Shown piece by piece: positions 10,712 to 20,079 of a DNA stretch of 60,718 nt. The notes under the pieces are model-generated. The model saw only the letters and a list, made by a program, of their open reading frames with translations. It searched no databases and was not told where the DNA came from. The position numbers were made by a program, and so were the translations under genes. This DNA is from Nitrospiraceae bacterium (GTDB taxonomy: Bacteria; Nitrospirota; Nitrospiria; Nitrospirales; Nitrospiraceae), in contig JBBIQV010000014.1 in NCBI GenBank assembly GCA_037442105.1, positions 1 to 60,718 of the forward strand, read 5' to 3'. How positions within the stretch are numbered: position 1 is the stretch's first letter; every line of letters starts with the position of its first letter.

Positions 10712-11020
10712 ATGCCCATGTATGTCAGCCTCGTCAAATTCACGCAGCACGGTCTGTCCACCATGAAGGATCAGGGAATGGCCCGCGCAGAGATGGTCAA
10801 GAAAAACGCCCAGTCGTTGGGCGGTAAACTGGTCCAGGCCTACTACTGCCTGGGCGAGTACGACGTCGTGGCGATCTGGGAATTTCCGGACAACCGCACG
10901 GCGATGAAGGCGGCGGTGCTCAATGCCGCGATCGGCCATATTCAGATCACCACGATGCCGGCCGTGCCACGGGACGAATGGAAGAAGCTGCTGCAGGAAA
11001 CCTGGAAGAAACAAAAGTAG
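10712..11020 (+). CDS. GYD-domain protein
   Basis: YVSLVKFTQHG...GGKLVQAYYCLGEYDVVAI; GGAGG RBS. Confidence 0.85.
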   Translation: MPMYVSLVKFTQHGLSTMKDQGMARAEMVKKNAQSLGGKLVQAYYCLGEYDVVAIWEFPDNRTAMKAAVLNAAIGHIQITTMPAVPRDEWKKLLQETWKKQK

Positions 11021-11071
11021 CCTCACCCCCATCGATGCAGCGCCCGTTCTGCCTGTGTTAGAGTAGCGGCC

Positions 11072-12031
11072 ATGCGCAACATCGTCATCATCGGGTCCGG
11101 ACCGGCCGGGTTGACCGCCGCCTTGTACACGGCGCGGGCGAACCTGTCGCCGCTACTGATCGAAGGCTGGCAGGCCGGCGGGCAGCTCACGACGACGACC
11201 GAGGTGGAAAATTACCCCGGCTTCGCCAAAGGCATTCTGGGCCCCGAGCTGATGCAGGAGATGCGGGCCCAGGTGGAGCGGTTCGGCACGGAGTTTCTGG
11301 CCGGTGATGTCAGCGCCGTGGACCTCACGAAACGACCGTTCACCATCACCATCGACGGAGAGAGAACGGTCGAGACCAAAGCGCTCGTCGTCGCCACCGG
11401 GGCTTCCGCCGTTCAGCTTGGGTTGCCGAACGAATCGCGCTTGACCGGCCACGGCGTCTCCACCTGCGCGACGTGCGACGGATATTTTTTCCGCGGGAAA
11501 GACTTGGTGGTCGTCGGCGGCGGCGACAGTGCGGTGGAGGAGGCCATCTTCCTCACCAAGTTCGCCGTGCGCGTGTCGGTCGTCCACCGGCGGGACAAGT
11601 TACGCGCATCAAAAATCCTGCAAGACCGCGCATTCAAGAACGAGAAGATTGCATTTATCTGGAACTCGGTCGTCGAAGATATTCTCGGGCAAGACATCGT
11701 AACCGGCGTGCGGCTCAAGAATGTGGTCACCGGCAAGACCTCGGACCTGGCTTGTGCCGGCGTGTTCGTCGCGATCGGCCATCGTCCGAACACGAGCCTC
11801 TTCATGGGTCAGCTCGATATGGACGAGAAGGGCTACATCCGCACGAACAACGGCACGGCGACGAGCGTACCCGGCGTGTTTGCCGCCGGCGACGTGCAGG
11901 ATGCCCGATACCGGCAAGCCGTCACCGCCGCCGGCTCCGGCTGCATGGCGGCCATCGACGCCGAACGGTTCCTAGAAAGCGAGCATGAATGCGCGATCAG
12001 CCTTCAGCAATCAGCACGACGTCAGAGCTGA
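11072..12031 (+). CDS. trxB: Thioredoxin-disulfide reductase
   Basis: [31 protein letters not shown]. Confidence 0.97.
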   Translation: MRNIVIIGSGPAGLTAALYTARANLSPLLIEGWQAGGQLTTTTEVENYPGFAKGILGPELMQEMRAQVERFGTEFLAGDVSAVDLTKRPFTITIDGERTVETKALVVATGASAVQLGLPNESRLTGHGVSTCATCDGYFFRGKDLVVVGGGDSAVEEAIFLTKFAVRVSVVHRRDKLRASKILQDRAFKNEKIAFIWNSVVEDILGQDIVTGVRLKNVVTGKTSDLACAGVFVAIGHRPNTSLFMGQLDMDEKGYIRTNNGTATSVPGVFAAGDVQDARYRQAVTAAGSGCMAAIDAERFLESEHECAISLQQSARRQS

Positions 12032-12058
12032 CCGCTGAGAGCTGACGGCTGAAAGCTA
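11997..12058. repeat. 7-nt-periodic inverted repeat tract (TCAGC../GCTGA..)
   Basis: TCAGC x3 facing GCTGA x4 at 7-nt spacing, overlapping the trxB 3' end. Confidence 0.65.
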
Positions 12059-12062
12059 AAGA

Positions 12063-13241
12063 ATGCGTTGCGCCATCGTCCACTATCACGAACTTGCCCT
12101 CAAAGGTCGCAACCGCGATTTCTTCGAGCAGCGGCTCGTCCGCAACCTGCGCCTGGCGCTGCAAGACCTCGTTATCACCCAAATCGATGCGCTCCAGGGT
12201 CGCGTTCGCGTCACGCTGCCGGACACGGCGAACGAGAGCGTTGTCAAAGATCGTCTTGCCCGCGTCTTCGGCGTCTCGAATTTCTTGCTCACCCGTTCGG
12301 TTCCCTTGAACTTGTCGCATCCCGATCTTACGGCGCTCACGGAGGGAGTCGTCGAGGCGGTTCGCTCCCTGTCCTTCGACACCTTTCGCGTCTCGGCCAA
12401 GCGGGCGGACAAACGCCTCGCCTTGACCTCCATGGATGTCGAACGCGAGCTCGGGGCGCGCCTCTGCAAACAAACCGGCAAGCGAGTCAAACTGGATCGC
12501 CCGGACCTCACGGTGCTGGTCGAGCTTCTCACCGACGAAGCGCATTATGCGGTGCGAAAGGAACCGGGACCAGGAGGGATGCCGGGCGGCGTCAGCGGTA
12601 AGGCGGCCTGTCTCATTTCCGGCGGCATCGATTCACCGGTCGCGGCCTGGCGTATGATGAAACGCGGGTGCAAAGCCCTCTTCATCCACTTCTCGGGACG
12701 CCCCCTGGTCAGCCGCGCATCGGAAGATAAAGTCCGCGAGATCGTCCAACTCCTGACCGCGTACCAATACTACTCGCGGCTCTATGTTATTCCGTTCGGC
12801 GAGATTCAGCGCGATATCGTCGCGAGCGCGCCGGCTCCATTCCGTGTCGTGCTTTATCGGCGTATGATGCTGCGAATCGCGGAGGAACTCGCGCGGCGGG
12901 AGGAGTGCTGGTGCTTAGTGACCGGAGACAGCCTCGGACAGGTCGCTTCGCAGACCCCGGAAAATCTCTCCGTCATACAGGAAGCGGCTCAGCTCCCGAT
13001 CCTTCGTCCCTTGATCGGCATGGACAAGATCGAGATCACTGAGCAGGCCCAACGCATCGGGAGCTTCGAGACCTCCATCGAACCCGACCAGGACTGCTGC
13101 AAGCTCTTTGTCCCGGCCCACCCGAGCACGAAAACACGGCTGGATGACATCCGCAAAATCGAGCGCGGTCTCGACATCGATGCCCTGACCAAGCAAGGGA
13201 TCGAGAAAGCCGAACTGAGCGAGTTTACCTTCCCTGCCTAG
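12063..13241 (+). CDS. thiI: tRNA 4-thiouridine synthase
   Basis: ELALKGRNR, THUMP domain, SGGIDS PP-loop, TGDSLGQVASQT, DCC. Confidence 0.95.
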   Translation: MRCAIVHYHELALKGRNRDFFEQRLVRNLRLALQDLVITQIDALQGRVRVTLPDTANESVVKDRLARVFGVSNFLLTRSVPLNLSHPDLTALTEGVVEAVRSLSFDTFRVSAKRADKRLALTSMDVERELGARLCKQTGKRVKLDRPDLTVLVELLTDEAHYAVRKEPGPGGMPGGVSGKAACLISGGIDSPVAAWRMMKRGCKALFIHFSGRPLVSRASEDKVREIVQLLTAYQYYSRLYVIPFGEIQRDIVASAPAPFRVVLYRRMMLRIAEELARREECWCLVTGDSLGQVASQTPENLSVIQEAAQLPILRPLIGMDKIEITEQAQRIGSFETSIEPDQDCCKLFVPAHPSTKTRLDDIRKIERGLDIDALTKQGIEKAELSEFTFPA

Positions 13242-14007
13242 TACGTTCCAGCGCCTTTTCTCGAAGAATCCGAAAGTGCGCTTCCAGCTCGCGCCGCATC
13301 GCCAGGGCCGCCAACCAATCCGGCACCAACGTGTCCATCTCGACGAGAAGTTCGAACTCCGCACGGGTCTGGCCCCCATCACCGATTGCGCTCAGCTTCC
13401 ACATGCGGTGGTACCGTTTGAAGTCCCCGCCGCGGAGGTCGGTCACGAGTCCGCCTTCCGGCAGAGTATGCGATTCGCACAGCAGCCGCCGCTCGCCCGG
13501 CAACAACGCATGCTTGATGCGGAGATCGGTCACCGCTCGTCCGTCTCGAATTTCCAGGCTTGCAACCTTCATGCGAACTTCAAACAGCTCGGGCCATTTC
13601 GCATAGTCCGTCAGGATCGCTTGCAAGATGTCCGGCCGCACCGGGAACAGAATAGTCGCCGCGGCCTTCACGCCTCCCTCTGGATCGGTCCGTACCTCCA
13701 ACGCCGATGCGCCGTCCGAAGCGGCCCAGGCTGAGTCCGGAGACAGCCAGTGCACTCCCGGACCGATCCCCAACATGCCGGCAAACCAGCACCCTACGAT
13801 CACTAGGAGCCTGTCCGACATTGCCGTTCGTGACGAGGCGAATGAGGCGCAGGCAGATGCGCGGCCGCAGACCGCGAAAAACCGGAGGCGTATTCGCTGG
13901 AATACGTCGAGGATTTTTCGGGGTCGAGAACAAGGCAGATGCCAGTGCATCGTTCGCCGCAGTAGAAGGGTCAATGTCGGACAGGCTCCTAGAGCCCACC
14001 GGATCAT
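13225..14007 (-). CDS. Exported SRPBCC/START-like protein carrying an in-frame MITE in its signal peptide
   Basis: ILTDYAKWPELF...GGDFKRYHRMWKL SRPBCC-like core. Without the MITE the N-terminus reads MIRWALVIVGCWFAGMLGIG. Confidence 0.7.
   Translation of the reverse strand: MIRWALGACPTLTLLLRRTMHWHLPCSRPRKILDVFQRIRLRFFAVCGRASACASFASSRTAMSDRLLVIVGCWFAGMLGIGPGVHWLSPDSAWAASDGASALEVRTDPEGGVKAAATILFPVRPDILQAILTDYAKWPELFEVRMKVASLEIRDGRAVTDLRIKHALLPGERRLLCESHTLPEGGLVTDLRGGDFKRYHRMWKLSAIGDGGQTRAEFELLVEMDTLVPDWLAALAMRRELEAHFRILREKALERTRQGR
13803..13992. mobile_element. MITE with ~21-bp terminal inverted repeats in a CTAG site
   Basis: CTAGGAGCCTGTCCGACATTG ... CAATGTCGGACAGGCTCCTAG; the CTAG copies are 186 bp apart; no transposase. 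Confidence 0.85.
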
Positions 14008-14065
14008 GACAGGATTATAGCGGGCTAGCCCACGAGCGTATAGTTGGGAGGCGCGCCTCCGTTGG

Positions 14066-14231
14066 CTAGCCCGCATTATTCATGACGGTTCGTCGCGAAA
14101 GCAGCGAATAGCGAATAGCAAGTAGCGCACAGCTCAAGAGGGCTTTTTTCTCTCCGGCTGTTCGCTGCTCGCTACCAGCTACTCGCTCCTTGGTCTTTGC
14201 AGCAGAAGCGTTCATGAATAATGCGGGCTAA
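14066..14231. mobile_element. Second MITE with ~19-bp TIRs and internal heptamer repeats
   Basis: CTAGCCCGCATTATTCATGA ... TCATGAATAATGCGGGCTAA; internal GCGAATA repeats; related right end near 20021-20054. Confidence 0.75.
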
Positions 14232-14232
14232 G

Positions 14233-14649
14233 ATGGAACGGTTTGTGATAGGATGCGCCGCGATGGGAACGATTGTCCGGTCTTTGGCTGCCTCTCGTGC
14301 TCTCTGGTTGGCGGGAAGCATGGCGTTGTGGTTTGGTCTGCCGAGCATGGCGTCCGCCCAGCCGCTTGAAGATCCCCATGCGACCACCGAATTGACGTGC
14401 AGCTTCGGCATGGCAAAGGGAGAGGCCTCACAGAAGTGCCAGGTTCCCTTTCCCGCCGGGTGCGTCGTCGCTCGCATCCCCGGCACGACGAAACCGTGGA
14501 CATCGGTATCGAAAGGCGGAAAGACCGCCTGCCGGTTCCACGAAAAGGAAACCGACTGGAAGACCCGCATCACCGGCATCTGCGGCCGGTGTACGTCAGC
14601 ACAATGTTCGGCCAAGTTCCACGTCAGATTCGATTGCTCGAACCGCTGA
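14233..14649 (+). CDS. Cysteine-rich exported hypothetical protein
   Basis: Signal-like N-terminus ending ASAQP; eight Cys in the mature part. Confidence 0.6.
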   Translation: MERFVIGCAAMGTIVRSLAASRALWLAGSMALWFGLPSMASAQPLEDPHATTELTCSFGMAKGEASQKCQVPFPAGCVVARIPGTTKPWTSVSKGGKTACRFHEKETDWKTRITGICGRCTSAQCSAKFHVRFDCSNR

Positions 14650-14686
14650 CAGTGTCCCGAACCTCGTACCCCTCGCTACCTGCATC

Positions 14687-15787
14687 ATGTCCCTGTCCGA
14701 GACGATCAAGCATGAGGCTCGCGCCCTGGGCTTCGACGCGGTCGGAATCAGCCGCGTAGTTCCAAGCCCTCAGCGCACAGACGCCGGCGATCAGCCAGAC
14801 CCCCTCCCCGCTTCCTCTCCCCCAAGCGGGGGAGAGGGCAGAGGTGAGGGGACATCCTGTCTCTTCGTCGAACGTCTGATGGAGTGGCTCCGCCGCGGCT
14901 ATCACGGTGTGATGGCCTGGATGGAGCGAGACCCGCAGCGCCGCGCCGATCCGACCCTTGTACTGCCAGGCTGCCGGTCTGTCATCTCCGTCGGGATGAA
15001 CTACTTTACCGGCCAACAGGCGAATGAGGGGCCCGGCTATGGCCGGATCGCCAGCTACGCATGGGGCCACGACTATCACCGGGTGTTAGGAAACCGCCTG
15101 GAACAGTTGGAGGACCGCATAAAGGCCCTAGCGCCCAAGGCACGTACCCGCTCCTATGTCGACACGGGACCGGTCATGGAAAAAGCTTGGGCGCAACAGG
15201 CCGGCCTGGGCTGGATCGGGAAACATACCAATCTTGTCTCAACCCAGTTCGGATCATGGCTGCTGCTGGGCGAGATCCTCACGACCCTGGACCTCGATCC
15301 TGATGAACCGGCCGAGGACCTCTGCGGCACTTGCGCCCTGTGCATCAAAGCCTGCCCCACCGGCGCTATCGTCGAGCCCTACGTCGTCGATGCCCGCCGC
15401 TGCGTGTCGTACCTGACGATCGAATTGCGAAGCTCGGAAGAAGCGATCCCCGATGATCTTGCGATCAAGATGGGCAACCGCATCTTCGGATGCGACGACT
15501 GCCTGGACATCTGTCCCTATAACATCCAGGCCCAGCCCACGGAGGAACCGGCTTTTCGGGCCACTCCCCTCACGCTGGCTCCCTCGCTGCAGGAGTTGGC
15601 AGAGCTCGACGAACCTTCCTTTACAGCCATGTTTCACAAAAGCCCGATCCGACGGACAAAACTCGCCGGCCTGCGCCGCAATGTCTCCATCGCCTGCGAC
15701 AACGAGTCCCGCCACCAGGCAGCAATCAGCCTCTCCGCTCCAAATCAGGCTCCTAGCCTCTGCCATTCCAAAAGTGTTAGCCTATAG
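14687..15787 (+). CDS. queG: Epoxyqueuosine reductase
   Basis: IASYAWGHDYH, VDTGPVMEK, GLGWIGK, CGTCALCIKACPT, RCVSYLTIE, GCDDCLDICPYN. Confidence 0.95.
   Translation: MSLSETIKHEARALGFDAVGISRVVPSPQRTDAGDQPDPLPASSPPSGGEGRGEGTSCLFVERLMEWLRRGYHGVMAWMERDPQRRADPTLVLPGCRSVISVGMNYFTGQQANEGPGYGRIASYAWGHDYHRVLGNRLEQLEDRIKALAPKARTRSYVDTGPVMEKAWAQQAGLGWIGKHTNLVSTQFGSWLLLGEILTTLDLDPDEPAEDLCGTCALCIKACPTGAIVEPYVVDARRCVSYLTIELRSSEEAIPDDLAIKMGNRIFGCDDCLDICPYNIQAQPTEEPAFRATPLTLAPSLQELAELDEPSFTAMFHKSPIRRTKLAGLRRNVSIACDNESRHQAAISLSAPNQAPSLCHSKSVSL
14800..14852. repeat. CCCTCTCCC/GGGAGAGGG-type palindromic element in frame in queG
   Basis: CCTCTCCCCC-aagc-GGGGGAGAGG core encoding PLPASSPPSGGEGRGEG; related sequence at ~9948-9974. 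Confidence 0.65.
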
Positions 15788-15834
15788 GCGCTCCCGCCGT
15801 TTCAGCTAGGAGGACCGTTTTTGGAGAGACTCCT

Positions 15835-17208
15835 ATGCGCTCGCCCACCATCCTCATCATCGAAGACGACGAACGCTTGCGCCATGTGATCGACCTGGTG
15901 CTCAAGTCTGAGGACTATCGCCTGGTCTTTGCGGCTTCGGGCGATGAGGGCGTCCGGATCGTCCGTGAATCAGGCGAGCTGGATCTGATCGTGACGGACC
16001 TGCAATTGGGTCGCGTCTCAGGCATGGATGTCCTCGACACCGCCAAGAAGGCCAGGCCCGGTGTACCGGTGCTCATCCTCACCGGGCACGGCTCGATCAA
16101 GTCTGCCGTGGAGGCCATGCGGAAAGGCGCCTACGACTACATCGCCAAACCGGTGGACAACGACGAACTCAAGATCGTCATCGCGCGCGGGTTGGAGCTG
16201 CGGAGGCTGCACCAAGATCATGAGCGCTTGCAATCCGGCCTCGAAGAGAAGTTCGGGTTCGACCGAATCGTGAGCGTCTCTCCGCAAATGGAGCTGGTAA
16301 AACGGCTTGCACAGGAAGTCGCACAGACCGACTCGACGATCCTGCTGACCGGCGAGAGCGGCACCGGCAAGGAACTGCTTGCCCACGCGATCCACCTGGC
16401 CAGCCCCAGAGCCAAAGGCCCGCTCGTCGCGCTGAACTGCGCCGGCATTCCTGAACACCTATTGGAGTCCGAACTCTTCGGCTACGAGAAAGGCGCCTTC
16501 ACCGACGCCAAGCAGTCCAAACCGGGGCGCTTTCAACTGGCAAATCACGGCACGCTCTTCCTGGACGAGATCGGCGAGATGAGCCTCACCGCCCAGACGA
16601 AACTCCTCCGGGTGTTGGAGGAACATGTCGTCGAACCGCTGGGAAGCATCCGGAGCGTCAAGGTCGATATCCGCGTGATCGCCGCCACGAATCAAGATTT
16701 GCCAGGACTGATTAAGGCAGGCCGATTCCGGCTCGACCTCTATTACCGACTCAACGTGTATCAGCTCCGCATCCCGCCCTTACGTGAGCGGACGGACGAC
16801 ATCACCGCAATCTTGGAATCGTTTCTGGATATCGCTTGCCGCGAACGAGGCAGCCGTATCCGCTCCGTCAGTCCGGAAGCGTCGGCGCTGCTCAAAGCAC
16901 ACGACTGGCCCGGCAATGTGCGGGAGTTGCACAATGTCGTGGAATGGCTCACCATCACGTGCAAAGAAGGCGAGATCAAACCGGAGCATCTGCCGCAGAC
17001 ATTGAGGAGCAATGGCCGGGCCCCTGCCGCATCGGTTCAGGAGCCTCTATCGCTGCTGAAGTTCGGTCTGTCGGTAGAAGAAGTCGAGAAAAAGATGCTG
17101 GAAGAAGCGCTCAAGAAAACCGGCGGCAACGTCTCCGAAGCCAGCCGGCTGCTCAAGATCACCCGCAATACGCTCCGCTACCGGATGGCGAAATACCACC
17201 TCTCATAG
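15835..17208 (+). CDS. Sigma-54-dependent NtrC-family response regulator
   Basis: REC domain, GESGTGKE, GAFTDA, LFLDEIGE, WPGNVREL, Fis HTH. Confidence 0.95.
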   Translation: MRSPTILIIEDDERLRHVIDLVLKSEDYRLVFAASGDEGVRIVRESGELDLIVTDLQLGRVSGMDVLDTAKKARPGVPVLILTGHGSIKSAVEAMRKGAYDYIAKPVDNDELKIVIARGLELRRLHQDHERLQSGLEEKFGFDRIVSVSPQMELVKRLAQEVAQTDSTILLTGESGTGKELLAHAIHLASPRAKGPLVALNCAGIPEHLLESELFGYEKGAFTDAKQSKPGRFQLANHGTLFLDEIGEMSLTAQTKLLRVLEEHVVEPLGSIRSVKVDIRVIAATNQDLPGLIKAGRFRLDLYYRLNVYQLRIPPLRERTDDITAILESFLDIACRERGSRIRSVSPEASALLKAHDWPGNVRELHNVVEWLTITCKEGEIKPEHLPQTLRSNGRAPAASVQEPLSLLKFGLSVEEVEKKMLEEALKKTGGNVSEASRLLKITRNTLRYRMAKYHLS

Positions 17209-17375
17209 GGTCCTCACACCATCGAGTTCTTTGCTGGATCATCATTTCGATGAGATTCTTGAGACCAGTCGAGCGGAATGGAAACTGGGCAGTGGATGGT
17301 ATGGATCAAGCAGTGCCGGAAGAGGGAGATTGCTGAGGTGTGCCACTTGTGCTACACTCTGTGACGAGGTGCATG

Positions 17376-17624
17376 ATGCCGGCGACTAATCCAAGAGTGA
17401 ATGTCGTGTTGGAAGAACCCATGTATGACAGCATCCGGCGACTGGCGAAGCGAGATAAGGTCTCGCTCTCGCTGAAGGTTCGGGATCTCGTCAAAGAGGC
17501 GCTTGAAATGGAGGAGGACCGCGGACTCACTGCTCTGGCCGAGGAACGAGAACGTACCTGCGACGCGTCAAAGGCGCTGACTCACGAACAAGTGTGGGGA
17601 CCTCTGCGACGGAAGAGGCGCTGA
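17376..17624 (+). CDS. Ribbon-helix-helix-type antitoxin
   Basis: PRVNVVLE...SLSLKVRDLVKEALE.EED; abuts the RelE toxin gene. Confidence 0.8.
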   Translation: MPATNPRVNVVLEEPMYDSIRRLAKRDKVSLSLKVRDLVKEALEMEEDRGLTALAEERERTCDASKALTHEQVWGPLRRKRR

Positions 17625-17900
17625 GTGTCCTTCAGACTGACGTATCACCCGGCAGTCGCACAAGAAGACGTGCCGTCAATTCCTGGAAACCTCAGGCGCC
17701 GCATTGCAGACGCGATTGAGACTCGCCTCACAGAAACTCCCCAACAGTTTGGATCTCCACTTCGGAAGACACTCAAGGGTTACTGGAAACTTCGCGTCGG
17801 CGACTATCGTGTTGTCTTCAAGGTAACGGCAGCGGAGGTCCGAATCCTCGCCATCCGTCATCGGAGGCACGTCTACCAAAGACGTGGTCAGCCGGATTGA
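17625..17900 (+). CDS. RelE/ParE toxin
   Basis: GSPLRKTLKGYWKLRVGDYRVVF...IRHRR. Confidence 0.88.
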   Translation: MSFRLTYHPAVAQEDVPSIPGNLRRRIADAIETRLTETPQQFGSPLRKTLKGYWKLRVGDYRVVFKVTAAEVRILAIRHRRHVYQRRGQPD

Positions 17901-17996
17901 GCGGCCCGATCAGTGACGCTGCTCGTCGATACTTGGCTCTCTCGATCTCACCGCCGAGAGTCTGTAAAAGACCCCCGGTACATCTTGCTTCTCCCG

Positions 17997-18254
17997 TTAG
18001 CGGTAGACTTCTTTGCGATCACCGATCTTCACGACGAGGACGATGAGTTCCTTATCTTGGATTGCATAGATGATCCGGTAGTCGCCTTCGCGGATGCCGC
18101 ACAGGTCATCTTCGCCGGCGAGTTTCTTCACACCCTGGGGGCGTGGGTTTTTCTTCAACGTGCGAAGGCGTTTCACGATCCGTCTTTGAACCGGTTCAGT
18201 GAGCGCTTTGAGTTGTCGCTCGGCCGGCGGGGCGAGGAGGATCGAGTACGCCAT
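17997..18254 (-). CDS. RelE/ParE toxin
   Basis: NPRPQGVKKLAG...IREGDYRIIY...VVKIGDRKEVYR. Confidence 0.88.
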   Translation of the reverse strand: MAYSILLAPPAERQLKALTEPVQRRIVKRLRTLKKNPRPQGVKKLAGEDDLCGIREGDYRIIYAIQDKELIVLVVKIGDRKEVYR

Positions 18255-18263
18255 CGGAGAGGG

Positions 18264-18518
18264 CTAGAGACCGAGGTCCTTCAGAATTGCATCAAGAGGC
18301 TTTGCTCCCTTCTTTTTCGTCTCGGCCAAAGCGGCGCGCGCATCCGCGAGGTCAATACGATCTTCCAGTTCCTCCAAGAGACGCAAGTCATCAATCGGCA
18401 CCACTGCGGCAATTTCTTTCCCGCGCCGCCGCACCACCACGCGCTCTTTTCCATAGGCCGCGCGGTTGATCGTATCCGCAAATCCTTGTCTGGCCTTACT
18501 GGCGGGAAGATGTGCCAT
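18264..18518 (-). CDS. Phd/YefM antitoxin
   Basis: ASKARQGFADTINRAAYGKERVVVRRRGKEIAAVVP. Confidence 0.88.
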   Translation of the reverse strand: MAHLPASKARQGFADTINRAAYGKERVVVRRRGKEIAAVVPIDDLRLLEELEDRIDLADARAALAETKKKGAKPLDAILKDLGL

Positions 18519-18547
18519 CGCGTCCTCCTCCTCAAATCCGTTCGAAT

Positions 18548-18600
18548 GTACTAAGCGTACGAACGGTACAAATTGTACGGCAAGGTGATTGGACGGTCAA
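18548..18600 (-). promoter_or_regulatory. Sigma-70 promoter with four GTAC operator cores
   Basis: Minus strand TTGACC-17 bp-TACAAT; GTAC at 18548, 18557, 18566 and 18575 (9-bp period). Confidence 0.7.
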
Positions 18601-18754
18601 GAGATGGGAACCCGGGTTCGCCAGGGATAAGGAGAAGGGCGAGAACAAAAGGGGACACCTATGAAAAATGGAAAAGGCTGTCAAGCGGGCGACCAGATGC
18701 GAGGCCGTAGACTCGATTCGACTGTCAACAGACGAGCCGTCCGTCGCGCTCACG

Positions 18755-18819
18755 CCGCTTCCCCAGTCGAGAACGTGGTAACAGGTTCCCCCAACCAACG
18801 CGCGGGCGGTACGTGGCAT
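18755..18819 (-). pseudogene. N-terminal relic of a REP-associated tyrosine transposase (RAYT, Y1)
   Basis: MPRTARALVGGTCYHVL matches the RAYT start MPRxxR......YHV; flanked by AAAGGGGACA (~18648) and TGTCCCCTTT (~18869). Confidence 0.55.
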
Positions 18820-19027
18820 GGCGGTTCGCTAGCCGATCCAGCCGACTCCTGTCCCTTGAAAAGTAGAATGTCCCCTTTTCTCATTCCCGACCCCACGGCC
18901 AATTACAGATCGCCGAGATTGTCCGATCCCAGCCGTCAGGAGCGAGCGGGTATCACACGATCATCGCCGACGTTGAACAAATCTGACCTCGCGCCTCAAC
19001 GCCTTCCCCTTATATCGGTATGAGTGT

Positions 19028-19056
19028 TTGACGGTTGGCTCTCGATCGTGTACCCT
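19028..19056 (+). promoter_or_regulatory. Putative sigma-70 promoter of the Phd-PIN module
   Basis: TTGACG-17 bp-TACCCT, about 30 bp before the antitoxin ATG. Confidence 0.5.
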
Positions 19057-19085
19057 ATTGTCACTCACTCCGCATAGGGTGGCAC

Positions 19086-19373
19086 ATGAAATTCATCACA
19101 GTACGGGATTTGCGCGGGCGTTCAGGTCAAGTCTGGAACAAACTCGCGCGCGAGCGCGATGTCATCCTCACATCGAACGGCAAGCCCATCGCCATTCTAT
19201 CCGCCGTGTCGGAAGACACGCTGGAAGAGTCGCTTGCCGCCGTAAGACGCGCGCGAGCTGTTACCGCTGTGGAAACATTGCAACGACAGTCGGTCCAAGC
19301 TGGTACGGATAAGCTTTCCCCCGCAGAAATCGCCGCTGAAATTCGTGCGGTACGGAAGGCCCGCCATCGGTGA
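19086..19373 (+). CDS. Phd/YefM antitoxin
   Basis: MKFITVRDLR...DVILTSNGKPIAIL. Confidence 0.88.
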   Translation: MKFITVRDLRGRSGQVWNKLARERDVILTSNGKPIAILSAVSEDTLEESLAAVRRARAVTAVETLQRQSVQAGTDKLSPAEIAAEIRAVRKARHR

Positions 19374-19801
19374 AGGTAGTGGTGGATACCAACGTCCTGG
19401 TCGCAGGGCTGTTGTCTCCATTTGGGCCTCCAGGTGAGATTGTCCGTATGATTGCTTCGGGCACGTTGCGCTTGTGCTTCGACGCCAGAATCCTCACCGA
19501 ATACGGCGAAGTCCTTGCCAGACCGAAGTTTCAGTTCAACTCCGAGCAGACTCAGATATTGCTGGAGCAGATTAAGCTGGAAGGACTCGGCATTGCCGGC
19601 AATCCGTTACCGACCAGGCTCCCAGATCCCACCGACGAACCATTCCTGGAAGCAGCCGTGGCAGGCAAGGCTGAATGTCTGGTTACCGGCAATGCCAAGC
19701 ATTTTCCCACAGCACGACGTCAGGGAGTGGTCGTGCTTTCGCCGAGCGAATTTCTCGATCACTATCGAAAGCGCACACGGCCAAGGAAGCGCAAGAGTTA
19801 G
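19370..19801 (+). CDS. PIN-family toxin
   Basis: VVVDTNVLVAG...EY.EVLARPKF...DPTDEPFLE...LVTGN.KHF. Confidence 0.9.
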   Translation: MKVVVDTNVLVAGLLSPFGPPGEIVRMIASGTLRLCFDARILTEYGEVLARPKFQFNSEQTQILLEQIKLEGLGIAGNPLPTRLPDPTDEPFLEAAVAGKAECLVTGNAKHFPTARRQGVVVLSPSEFLDHYRKRTRPRKRKS

Positions 19802-19898
19802 CATGGCCGCTACCGACGGGGGCGATCGTCCGGACAATACCGGTTGTACTCATGGAAGAAAGATCCGAAAACCGGCAAGCGAAGAAACCTCGATCAGT

Positions 19899-20054
19899 GA
19901 ATAGCCGGTAGCGCATAGCTCTCAAACAGAAGCGAATAGCTGATAGCTAATGGCGAATAGCATGGGAGTGTGAAGCTCCGAGCTGCCTGTCTGTCGCTAC
20001 CAGCTACTCATTCTTGGCGATTGCAGCAGAAGCGCTCATGAATAATGCGGCCTG
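19899..20054. repeat. Partial copy of the heptamer-containing MITE
   Basis: GAATAGC/GATAGC repeats, TCGCTACCAGCTACTC and TTGCAGCAGAAGCG.TCATGAATAATGCGG are shared with 14104-14227. Confidence 0.7.
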
Positions 20055-20079
20055 GATGCGAGTAGATCTGTCTGTGCTA

